Source: Chiloscyllium plagiosum
Taxonomy: Eukaryota
Direction of reading: 5' to 3'
Assembly: GCF_004010195.1 (NCBI RefSeq)
Contig: NC_057753.1
Location: forward strand, 8,703,182-8,741,729
Length of the DNA: 38,548 nucleotides
Shown: positions 21,720-33,246 of the stretch, in pieces
Layout of the letters: every line of letters starts with the position of its first letter
How positions within the stretch are numbered: position 1 is the first letter of the stretch
Program-made: the position numbers and the translations under genes
The notes under the pieces: generated by a model
Told to the model about the DNA's origin: nothing
Databases searched by the model: none
Seen by the model: the letters and a program-made list of their open reading frames with translations, nothing else

Positions 21720-22625
21720 GTGAAGGTGGTGGCTCTCAGATGTGAGGCCTTAAAGCCAAAGGGCCAGATCGTAGTTATAGTGGGGGAGGTACCTAGTGCC
21801 CCGCTCTCCTCAGAAAGCAGTGAGGATGGTGACACTGACTGGAACGGGTTAGATGATACAGCTCCCATGCATGGACAGAGGAACGGCCACCATTCTGTAA
21901 GGCCCGGAAGGCAGTGTCTATGGCACCACTGGGCATCAAAGCTCAAACTTGGACAGACGGGAGGGGCAGCGAATGGAACTGACAGAAACCAAACCTGAAC
22001 CGTTCACCTGGCTGAACGACAGATGTTGGTGAATAAACACCCAGCCTGATAGAGAAATGGTAATAATGGGCCTTATTAGGAGAATGTGGATGAATTAGTT
22101 GAGGTACACAGTCTCACCAATGATGATGGGCATATCCTCCTTCAAGCCAAGATGCCCTGACGTGTACAGCAGAACCTGTCGCTGCAATGAGAGGTTGCGG
22201 GTGTGACCCGGTTCCCCCCAGAGCACAGCCGATCAATGGCTGCAGGCAACTACAGATATTGCAGGAACACACTGGGGAAGAGGACAGACTGAATGGGCTG
22301 AAATAACCTTGGTGACTCAGGGACCCATGGGTAATACAGAGGATAATACAGAGAGGAAGCCTGAAGTGTGTAAGGACCACAGGGGATTAGCAAACCCCAT
22401 CCTGCGATGATGAAATCAGTTTGATGTATTTAAAATGGTACTACATTTAACTGTAATTATAAACATGGGACTCCCAGTGGGAGATAATTCTAACAACATT
22501 CTGAATTGGACCATGAGAACTGAGGCAAACTCAGAAACACAGGGGAATACTCTGGGAGGGTAACCAGATCCACAATGTTACAAGGGAAGCAGGAAAGAGC
22601 ACAGAGCCAGGGAATGTAGGCAGAG
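21720..22625 (+). mobile_element. Retrovirus-like gag relic (capsid MHR-like segment and zinc knuckle)
   Basis: 22288-22398 reads TEWAEITLVTQGPMGNTEDNTERKPEVCKDHRGLANP. 22576-22617 reads CYKGSRKEHRAREC (CX2CX4HX4C with one Cys lost). Stops and frameshifts are present. Confidence 0.55.
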
Positions 22626-24221
22626 AGGGAGATAGGTGTTCACATTGTGTGTGGCCTGTATTCACATGTGCACATGCATAACTCATGAATATTTATTGAC
22701 GCGCTGTTAAGGGGCCAGCACCGCATTATGCTAATATGGAGCATCTTTATCAGGTATCGATAAGGATTTACTACTCACCCCCTCAATGACTAAAATAAGA
22801 GCAGTCAGAGAGGGAACTCAGGAAGCTGGATGAAATAAACCTGTCCCTATATAGACCGGGAGTATGACAAAATGTATTCAGATATGGAGGTGTGAAACTC
22901 AAAAAGGGACCATTCTGGGAGTTGCTCCTATTTATTCTAAAATGGCAACTATTGATGTCAACACGTGAATTTAAACATGGAGATGCTCCGGCCAGGACTG
23001 GGACAGAAAGAAAAGGAGAGGCAACCTCTTTGGAGTAGCTACATTGCAGGGAGACTGGGCCAGTAAGAGAATCTGGTGGGTTATAGCTCGGACCCACTCA
23101 GTGGTGTGTGTAACTCAAACAGGAATGTGGGTTATTATCTATCGACCCTGCATATTTAATCCATTGCCTTACCGAAGAAAATGTCTATGTGAGTTATTGC
23201 AGTTGCCGTGCAGTGTAAATATTGGTTAATTGTGATACTGCAAAGGTTACTGTCGGTGATGTGCAACTATCTTATCGTGGACACGTGGTGCTTTGATGCA
23301 TCTGTGAATAATTTTCACGGACTATTTTTTTCCAGATATCTCATCAACGAACAGCTGATTCAGCAGCAAATATAATGGATTTTACTTTTGTTTTGAGGAG
23401 ACATTAATTACCATTGATTTTTGAACACAAATATAAAGATTTTACAAAGTGATCCCTGTAATGGATACATCTGTATATCCATAAAGTATGCACAAACCTT
23501 TTTGAGTCATTCAGCCTTTTATTCGACAGTTGCATTTGCTATGTAATGAAAGGCAATGAATCACTTATTCATCTACTTGTCGTTCATGGCAATGTGCTGG
23601 ACTATTTCGGTATTTATTGGATTGCAAATTGAGACAAACAGCAAAATTTCTTTATCTCACCAGCACAGTTTTTTTTTAACTAAAACATTGCTTAACCGCA
23701 GCAGGGTGAAGTGAATGGTCAGCAGGCCTTCAATATACGATTCTTCTGCCTAAGCCTCGCCTGACAGATTTGACAGCACATATCATGATGGTCTCAAAAA
23801 AGCAGCTGGCAGTTACATCTCACCGATTGTCTCTCTTAAACAAAAAGATATAAAGCTATAAACGTTATTTTCCTAACACATGTACAAGATTATTTCAGAC
23901 ATTTTGTCAGTTATATTGATGAATAATGCATTATTTTCCAGGGAATAATCTGATGAGAGTCTTTTTGTTCATCAGTATGAATGTGTGAATGTGTAAATGA
24001 GAGTTCACCTTCTCTTCGTTGTTAGTTTCACTTTTAGATTTCGTTTAGCACTCTTTGCCCCTCCTCTTATTATTTGCCTTATTAACAGACATTACTCATT
24101 CTGGCATCTGTGTGTTCGCGAGTGATTGTACATTTCTCTGAACGTTTAAGTGCACAGTTGTAAGTTAAGTTCCTTTGAGCTTTCAAGTTTCTAATTCGGA
24201 TGGTAAATAAAAACAACGACT

Positions 24222-24423
24222 GGGAGAAAGTGAGGGCTACAGATTCTGGAGTGTCAGAGTTGAAAAAGCTGGCGCCAGCAAACCACAGCAGGTCAGACAG
24301 CATCGATGACCAGGAGAGTCGACGTTTCGTGCTTAAGCCCTTATGCCCGAAACGTTGATTTTCCTGCTCCTTGGATGCTGCCTGACCGTCTGCGCTTTTT
24401 CAACACCACACGTTTCGACTCTG
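24222..24423. repeat. Palindromic (head-to-head) PLE pLTR-derived repeat
   Basis: 24255-24337 is an imperfect reverse complement of 24340-24423; the right arm matches ~394-480. Confidence 0.8.
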
Positions 24424-24611
24424 GCAAATGAGAACACAAAACCAATTACTTGACAGGCTATGTGTTGTTTTCTAGTTTGTGCCTCAAAACAATTGTGCTG
24501 AATATTAAAGAAGAGATTAGATTTATGGAAGTCAGACAAAGACCTTGGTTGTTCTCTCTAACATACGCATACTGTCCTCAATCGTCTATCTCTAGCTCTC
24601 CCACCCACATT

Positions 24612-27600
24612 TGAGATTCCAGGATGGTGTGTTGCTTCCCTGGTGCCAGGGATAAAGATGTCTCTCTGTGGGTACAGTACATTCCCAAAAGTGAGTCAAG
24701 CAATCAGAGTTCATGGTATGTATAACAAAAACGGCATTGGCACCAAGAGAAATGAGGAGCTGAAAAGGGAGTTAGGCACCAAGTTGAAACTCACAGCATA
24801 TTTAGTAGCAATCTACGGATTACACCGTGCACCATGTGCCATTAAGGCTAAGAATAGAGGTTAAAATAGTTAAATACGCTGCAGAAGAGCAGGTGTATGG
24901 GGATCATTGGGTTGTTCTCCAGGACAGGGGAGGCCTCCCCAAGAAGTACAAGCTGCACATAAATTGATCGGTCACCAATATACTGCCAGGGACATTTCCC
25001 AGTGCGACAAGGGTTCAAACTAGTGTGGCACGGGATTGGGAAAAGGTGCAGTTGATCAGCAAGTGAAATGAACAAGGAAGAGACAAAGGCCACTAAGCTT
25101 AAGTGGAAGGACAGACAGGGAGAGATTATTGAACAGAGCAGGACTCGTGGTCTGAAGTCATTTGTTTTAAAACATGAAGTATGACAGGTAAGGGAGATGA
25201 AGTTAAAGCTTGGACAAATGTATAAAGCTCTGATGCTGTAGCTTCCCAGAGACTTGGTTGAGACACAGACAAGATTGGCAAATTCTTGGATTTAGATGTT
25301 TCCCGGTGTGATGGAAAGAATTCTAAAAGAGAAGGAAAATTGAGTTACTGATCAAGGTGATAATCACAGCTGCACTGGGGAAGGCTTTATGGCGGGATCA
25401 TCTGGGTAGGCAGTAAATGTAGGTCTCTGAAATAGGAATGTGGCAAACACTTTGTACGGTTCTACTGCGTCCAAACGAAAAAAAAAACAAGCAGCTTATT
25501 GACCAAAAGATATTAATGAACACAAATAGTCCATTCAGGAAATGGATCATATAGGATCTGGTATTGGGGAATGACCCTGGCCAGGTGACCAACCATTCAC
25601 TGGAGAAGCATTTGGGGAACAGTGACCAGAATTATGTAAGTTTTAATTTACTGAAAGGTAAGAAAAAGGGTAATACTGGGCTGGAAGTACGAAGTTTGGG
25701 AATACTAAACACGATAATATTAGGAAGGAACTTGGTAATCCAGATTCAGAGTGACTGTTTGTGGCTTTCTCCACGTCTGTGGGAACATTTTACAGGTCAA
25801 TTGAGTAGAGTTGAGGACTACTTTTTTTCCTTTAAAAGATATGAATATCAAGATTTAAGAAATTGGAAATAACAAAATGATGAGATTAGTTTTAAAAAAG
25901 GGAGAAAGGAGGCGTACATAAAATTTAGGAAACTGAAGAAAGAAAGACAGGTCCCTCGAAGAACGTCAAGAAAGCAGGTAATTTTGGGATCATTTTGGAA
26001 ATCTGAAAGGGGGTGTGAAATATCTTGGACAAGCGAAGTAAGGAAAATCACAATGCTTTTTTTACACTTATGTAAGAGCGAAATGACAGCTAGTGAAAGA
26101 ACAGGTCCATTCAAGGACAAAAGAAGGGATTTATGTGGAGCTGGAGGAAAGGGGTAGGGTGATTAGCGAATGCTTCACTCCGGTAATCACAAAAGGAAGG
26201 ACATGTTTTATGGTAAGTGCAGAGCATTTCAGGGCATGTTGATCGAGAAAAATGGTATTCGATGTTTTAAAAAGGAATGAACTAGACAAGTCCCCAGGGC
26301 CTTTATGGATCTATACCAGATTGTTTCAGGAGGGGAGGAACGGAGTTGCTTGGCCATGCATAAGAATTTGCATTCTTTTTAATCACAGGAGATGTCCTAA
26401 GTGAGAAGAGAATAGTCAACGTTCTTCCTTTCCATCAGAAGGGGAACATGATTAATCCGCAAATGACAGGCCGGTAACTCTTACATCAGCGGTAGGGAGA
26501 CTATTGTATCAATGTTTTAGACACAGGACTTCCTCACATTTGTATAAGTAACATCTGATTAACGATAAGCAGCGTGACTTTGTGAGGCAGAGACCGTGTC
26601 ACACAGCATGATTTTTTTTGTGGTAAGTGACAAAGTTGATTGACAAGAACAAGGTGGTGTATACTATCGACATGGAATTTGGCAAGGACTTTGTCAAGGT
26701 CCCATTTGCCAGACTGACACAAAACATAAAGTCATATGGATTCGTGGTGAGCTGTTAAAATGGAAACAAAACTACTTTGGCAATAGTAGACAGAGTAACA
26801 GTGGTATGGTTTTATTTTGCCTGGAGATTTGCGACCAGTTGAGTTTCTCAGGGATCAGTGCTGGGTCGTCTGTTATTTGTGAGACATATGAATGGTTGAA
26901 GGAGAGTATAGGTAATCTGACTAATTAGTTTGCATATGATAAAAAGGAAGGGAGAGTATGGATACTGAGGAGGATTACTGGAGAGTATAAATGATATGGC
27001 ACCACACTAGTAGCATCTACATATGAAGAAAACTAGGCATAACGAGTCCATAGTTTCTTGGCAGCACAAGTTCATGGAGTGGTCAAGAAGGTATATGGCA
27101 AGCTTGCCTTTAATCGGAAAGGGCAGAGTATATAGAAATTGACAAGTCTTGTTGCAGCTGTACAAAACATTAGTGAAGCCATGTTTGGAAATTTGTTGCA
27201 TTCACCACACTATCACAAGGATGTGGAGTCTTTGGAGTCAGCACAAAATAGCCTTACCAAGATGTTGCCTGGTTTAGAGGTGACATGCTATAAGGAGGGA
27301 TTGGACGAACTGCTTTCTTTTTGATTTGAACATCGCAGGATCGGAGAAACCTGATAGAAGTTCGTGTAATTAGGAGAGGAATGGTTTGAATGGACATTTG
27401 AAGTCTATTTTTGGAGGGCAGAAATGTGAATTTACAAAGAACACATTTAAAGTAGAAAGAGGAAGCTTAAGGCCGATGTGAGCAATAACATTTTACACAG
27501 AGAATGGTACGTGCCTGGAAAATCTTGCCAGAATAAGTGTCAAAAGCAGATGCAATAGTTAAGTTTAACGAAGATCTTCACAGATGCATCAACATGTAGG

Positions 27601-27705
27601 CAAATGCAGGTACAGCCAACTTCATGGTACTATTATGTTTAGTTTAGAAAGGCATCTGGAGGATCTTTTCTCGTGCTTTATCAACCTTTGTTCTTCTTTG
27701 TTCAC
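24612..27705 (+). mobile_element. Old, long CR1 remnant (ORF1 esterase to 3' end)
   Basis: MVCCFPGARDKDVS, HLGNSDQN, DKSPGP, SQGSVLGRLLF and LLQLYKTLVKPCLE occur in the expected order; heavily decayed. Confidence 0.8.
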
Positions 27706-27752
27706 ACTATGCACCCACACAAACTTACAGTTTTTCCACATCTCTCTTGCAG

Positions 27753-28672
27753 CTAACTTAACACTAATTGTGATTCTTTCTCGAGGAAGATGTGGTCTGT
27801 CCAGATGTATAACATGCTACCTAATAACAATGGCTGTGACAGATTTTCTGGTTATTATCACTGCTGTCATATTAAACCGGATTGCTGGTATTTATTTTGC
27901 AAACAGTTTCTTGTCCATTACACCCATCTGCAGCTTACGGTCTGCTTTGATTTATGCCGCTGTAGACAGTTCAGTATGGGTGACAGTTGCTTTCACCTTC
28001 GATAGATTTACGGCCATTTGTTGCCAGAAACTGAAAGTTAAATATTGCACAGAGAAGATGGCAATAAAGGTAATTTGTAGATTGTGTATATTAAGCTGTT
28101 TAAAAAATTCTTTTATGTATTTCATATATGAACCTATGTATACAATAAACAATGTACCCTGGATCTGCACTTTAAAAACAATGTTTTATACATCAATTGG
28201 ATGGATTGCATATGATTGGATTAATAACATCTTAACCCCGTGTCTCCCATTCGTTCTGATTTTGCTCTTCAATGGTTTGACCGTCCATCACATCATGACC
28301 ACTAGTAAAGTTCGTAGGAGACTCCGGAGTCTAAACAATGGAGACAATAAGAGTGACCCAGAAATGGAGAAGAGGAGAAAGTCTATTATTTTATTGTTTG
28401 CCATCTCGGGCTGTTTCATCCTTTTATACTTATTATATTTTGTAGCATTTCTCTATGTCCGAATTGCAAATGGCACTTATTTCAAAAGTAATAACTCCAT
28501 CAATTCGAATTTCGTTCTGGAAGAAGGTGGGTTTATGCTTCAGCTCTTGAGTTCGTGCATCAACCCATTTATTTATGCTGGAACCCAGAATAAATTCAGA
28601 GAGGAGTTAAAGAATGGTGTGGAATATCCACTAACTTTAATTCTTAGATTATATAAGTTAATTAAATCGTGA
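27753..28672 (+). CDS. Class A GPCR, GPR139/GPR142-like; terminal coding exon (distal TM1 to TM7)
   Basis: Uninterrupted frame with ANLTLIVIL (TM1 Asn), MAVTDFL (TM2 Asp), TFDRFTAIC (DRY-like), LTPCLPF (TM5) and INPFIY (NPxxY). Acceptor TTTTTCCACATCTCTCTTGCAG ends at 27752, phase 1. Confidence 0.9.
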
Positions 28673-28929
28673 AACTGACATTAATTTTACATTATCCACT
28701 TCCGAATTGTTCTTTCATTGGTAAGCACGTCTTTAAAATGCTTAAATTCATTTTGAGACAACTATGGTACCAGCAGGATTGTAAAAATCATGTTTATGCT
28801 GTGCAGTAAAACTTCTAACCATTTCCATGCAGGAACTTCACAGTATTCAGACTCCTACACAGTGAAGTCCCATTATTTTGTTTGTCGAATTAAGATGTGC
28901 AGCAGGGGCAATATTTTGAAATAGAAGTG

Positions 28930-28935
28930 AATAAA
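28930..28935 (+). promoter_or_regulatory. Candidate polyadenylation signal for the GPCR
   Basis: AATAAA about 260 nt after the stop codon; the context is AT-rich, so it may be chance. Confidence 0.4.
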
Positions 28936-29084
28936 TATGAATATTAAAGATTTAAAATGTCAGTCGTTTCCTGAAATACAACAGTGTTTTGGAAGTCATT
29001 TTGCAATGTACTGCATATGTGCTTAGTGATCTGAACTAAGAAAAGCCAGCAATTCCAGACAGTGACAAACGGAGAAGAAAATCA

Positions 29085-31890
29085 TGCAGTTGTGGAAACC
29101 TTTCTGGAAAAGTACTCAATACGTCTTTCAATCTTCATATCATCTTGCAAAAGTGCATACTGACACCTGCATCATTCGGATCAATAACCACCTTGAATGG
29201 CTTTGCATAATTAGATGCCGCTCACATTGGGGCAGTGCTTTACACAGCTTTCAGATTTTAAAATACCTTCTAACAGTCCTCCATCCATTGAAATTTTCTG
29301 CACAGCTTCAAAAAACTAATTCAGTGGAGCAACTATGCTTCTAAAATTTTGTACCGTTTTTGAAAATAAAACATTAGGTCCTAGGACATAAAATGTCTCT
29401 GTTCGTCGAAACCATGTGAAACACCCCTGTGACATTTATATTCACATTCCCTGAGGCCATCTGTCCATGACCAATGACATCACCGAGGAACGAGACTTTG
29501 GCTTTTGCGAATCCACTGTTAGCCAATTTATTACCTATGTAGTCTTTTGAGGTAAATCCAATATTCTGAAGGATGCACTAATCCGTCGTTCTATGTGTAT
29601 CTAATAATGACTAGATTTTCTATGTGCACAGACAATTGAGTTATTCTGAAATCAATTTATTGACTAACTTTGAATAGTACCTATGCATTTTTCATTCCAA
29701 ATGACATTATTTTGAACTATTAAAATAAGTGTCATGAATCAAGTTTGCTGCGAGTATCCTTTAATTAAGTCCAGCTTCAAAATACATGTTATTGTCCCAC
29801 CTTCTCAGAACAGTCTTCCAACATTGACATTGCATCGACATTGCGGTAGCAAATGCATAAATGTTGGGAACCATCGGGTTTTTGCGCCACCATAACAGGT
29901 GAGGTCCATCTGCTGCAATACACTTCGATTATATTTTCTTAGAAAACGTTCTCAATCTCTTTTTGAATCTGTGCATTGATTGCAGGAAAGGTTCGACAAG
30001 GATGTTGCTTCAACTGGGTGACTGCAACGAATCATTTTAATTTTCCTCTGGGAAAAAATTAAATAATTTATCTATATTTTTCACGACTTCCTCAGCATCC
30101 AATTTAATTTGAATAATATCAATTTCACTTTTTTTCTTGATTTGCTTCTTCACTCCTTTGAAACAAGTACCACATTCTCCCTTTGCTAACCTTCCCTGAC
30201 GAAATACCATTTGCACATATTCACATGACACACCCTGCGAGCTTTTCTTCTTTCCAGCGTTATCAAATAATTCACTTTACTCAATTTCCTCCTGTTTTGA
30301 TAAAACCCACTAAATCTCATTTAAAAGGTTCAATTGCTCGTAATACAAACTCTTCATCTCTTCTTGCAAAACTACGAATTTTTGATTTCTTGTCTCTTCC
30401 TGTTTCATCCTATGCAGTTCTACTTTCAACTGTTGTCTAGCCAACCCAACCACGCTATTTAATCTTTTCCTAACCTTTGATACATGCTCAAAATATATCA
30501 TCTCTGACCTCTGGCAGCCATTTTTCCTTCATTAATTTCAGTGGTCCCCTCACTGCATGTCTGAACACTAATTCGAATGGACAGGGTGCAAATGATACAT
30601 CAGCACATCCCCAATTCCGATGGAATCATTTTATCTCAATCCTCTGGATTATCTAGTCTATAACCCTTCAACATGCTTGTTAAAATTTAATGCCATGATT
30701 TTAATGCGCCTTTTGATTCTGGTTATATGCAGTTGATTTGAACTCTTTTTATTTCAAAAGCTTCCATACATTCCTTGAATAATGTAAAACAATTACCATG
30801 ATTTAATTGTATTTCTGAGAGAAACCTGTATCAAGTAAAAAAAGAATAAATCTTCCACAATATCTTTCCGTATGATACTGAATTATGGATTAATTTCTAG
30901 GAGCCTAGTAGACACATTCATTATGTTCAATAAATATTAATTCCTATTCTTTGTTTTAAGGATAAATTCTATGCAATAATTTAAGACATTTGCAACAGCT
31001 TCCTCAAATGCCGTCAGAGGTATTAGCGGTGGTGGTTTTGTCATTTCTATTTGACTTGTACGGCAAAACTCATTCACATCTCTAAACACTCCAGGCCATA
31101 AAAACATTTTTAGATTACGGCTTGAGTTTTCCTTACTCTCAAATGACCTCCTACTGGTATCTCGACTGCTATTCACAAACTTTTCATTCCGTTACTCACC
31201 AATAATACAGCTTCGTGAACTTTTGTCCATTTTCGTCTGCCAGTGTGTGTTTGGGTCGTAATTTCCTCATGAGGATGTCATATTAAAGATGATGACATTC
31301 TGGGATGCACGCGTCTGTTCATTGATGCAACTGTTTCCCTCCCCCACACCACCCTGATGTAATTCTGCTATTTCCTCTCAACGGAAAATATCCACTTCGT
31401 GTTCCACCTTTTCTTGCTATTCGCAACCATTTGATCAAACATGGATTCTGGTCATTGAATTTCAACTTCCTTATCCGTACTTTGGTTTCTTGCCCTGTTT
31501 CAAACCATGGCTTTGTGACTCGTTACCACTCAGTCGGGAAGAATGCCAGGATAAATTTCCTGAAATATCTCAGTTGTCTGATTTTCTATTGGCGTTTCAA
31601 CCACAGTAGGCCTTACTACCACCTGTGATGTAATTATATCCCGAGGACAAAATGGATTTCTGGAAAGACGATTCCTCTGTTACTCCTGCCAGCACTTCAT
31701 CAGGCTTTTACTAGACACTGAAATTCACCTTATACAATGGAACATTACTGTTATAGTCATGAATTTCACATGTTTGCTGCAATGGTCCTTCTGAACTACA
31801 TATCTCTTCATCTCTCACCATCACCGATTGACTCGCTCCATAATTCTTAAAATATTAATTTATTTTCTACTTTTCCTGTACAGATCTGTT
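29085..31890 (-). mobile_element. Gmr1-type Ty3/gypsy LTR retrotransposon pol relic (PRO-INT-RT-RH)
   Basis: Minus strand, in order: protease-like SQSVMVRDEEIC (~31835-31800); integrase FLWPGVFRDVNEFCRT..PLIPLTAFEE and RKRLNSVVGLARQQLK; RT QKPDGSQHLC, LDLIKGY, MSFGMKNA, FAKAKVSFLGDVIG; RNase H NYAKPFKVVID, IEYFSRK. Confidence 0.8.
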
Positions 31891-31904
31891 GACAAAAACT
31901 AAAA

Positions 31905-32960
31905 ATAATGTTGTCTCTACAAATGCTGCACCACTATTTGCCCTGCATATTTATGTATCTGTCAAGATGCTTCTTAAACTTCACTATTTTAGCTGCTTCT
32001 ACCACCTACTCTGACAAGGCATTCCAGTCAACTATCAATCGCTGTAAAAAATGTTGCTGCTCACATCGGCCTTTTAATTCCCCACGTGTGTTCCGTACTA
32101 ATTTATATTTCTGAACTCGAAAGCAAAAGTTCATCTATCCATTCTACCCATTCCTCTCATAATTTTGCAAATGTCTAACAAGTCGTCGCTGATCCTGTGA
32201 CATTCAAGCAAAGAAGAAACAAGCTTCTCTCCGCCTTTCTCATAGCGGATCACCTCTGAACCAAGCAATATATCGGTGAAATCTTTCTGTGCCAAATCCA
32301 AAGACCCCACATCCTTCTGCCAGTGTGATATCCAGAGTTGTACACGATTGTTCAAACGTGGCCGAACTAATGTTCTATTCACATGCAGCAACAGTTGCCA
32401 ATTTTTAACTCTTTCTCCTGACCGTTTGCAAGCAATCATGTCATATGCCTTCTTGACCACTTAATACACTTGTGTTGCCATTTTCAAGAAACTTTCGACC
32501 ATTATGCCTAGATCGCTCTGTATCTACATAGTACAAGGATTTCTACTGTATAAAGATTTCTACTATCATCTCTGGCAATCGTCCTCGCTATTCACAGCTC
32601 TCCTTCACTTTGAGTGGTCTGTAAACTCATTAATCAGATCACATACCTTCTCCTCCAAATCATTTATAGGCATTGCAGTTCCAGTATTGATACCGAAGAA
32701 ACTCAACTGGTCGCAGATCTCCCGGTCGAAAAAACAACTGGATCACCCCTACTCGGCTTAATTAACTAAATCCATGTATCCATCTTGGTGGCTCACAGCA
32801 GCTGCCGCGTGACTTCACGTTCTGTATAAGCCTGCCAAATGGTATCTTGTCAAAGGCCTTGCTCGAGTCGATGTGGAAGATAAACCACAACCCTGCCCTA
32901 GTCTATTATGTTCGTGCATTACAAAAAAATTCAATTTGTGTGATACAATCTTGCCCACGT
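31905..32960 (-). mobile_element. Old CR1 RT/3' remnant
   Basis: ORF 32131-32460: VKKAYDMIA..RTLVRPRLNNRVQLW..DLLDICKIMRG. Confidence 0.75.
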
Positions 32961-33161
32961 TGCATATTTGGAAATTTGGATTATGAAAATTAGCAGATAA
33001 AAGTCCATTGGTGAGATATACACAGCTTGAAAATAACAAAACTAGAGGACATAATTGCACAGATGTGTGTCCACAAAGACACATTTTCAAAGATAATGAC
33101 TAAATAGCCTATTGTTTTTGGGAACTTCCACATTTTAGAATGGCTTCAGCAGTTTGGAGAA

Positions 33162-33246
33162 TGAGGAATGGATTCCGGGTCTAATTTGATTTAATTTTGA
33201 GGAATGGTTCCGGGTCTAATTCGATTTGATTTGATTTGATTTGATT
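33162..33246. repeat. ~36-bp tandem duplication running into a (GATTT)n microsatellite
   Basis: TGAGGAATGG(A)TTCCGGGTCTAATT starts at 33162 and again at 33198; GATTT repeats continue to ~33246. Confidence 0.85.

Noticed and set aside
21621..21998. 125-aa ORF or exon starting at the TTCCAG acceptor-like site (~21686)
   Set aside because: No good donor, no recognisable product, and the distal part runs into the gag-like relic.
27584..27752. N-terminal 56 aa of the 362-aa GPCR ORF as real coding sequence
   Set aside because: The ATG lies in a CR1 3' remnant. Receptor-like sequence starts exactly at a strong splice acceptor (27752), so the extension is probably intronic read-through.
31690..31710. 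CTGATGAAG on the minus strand as another hammerhead
   Set aside because: No stem II or properly spaced GAAA box follows; the site lies within the gypsy protease region.
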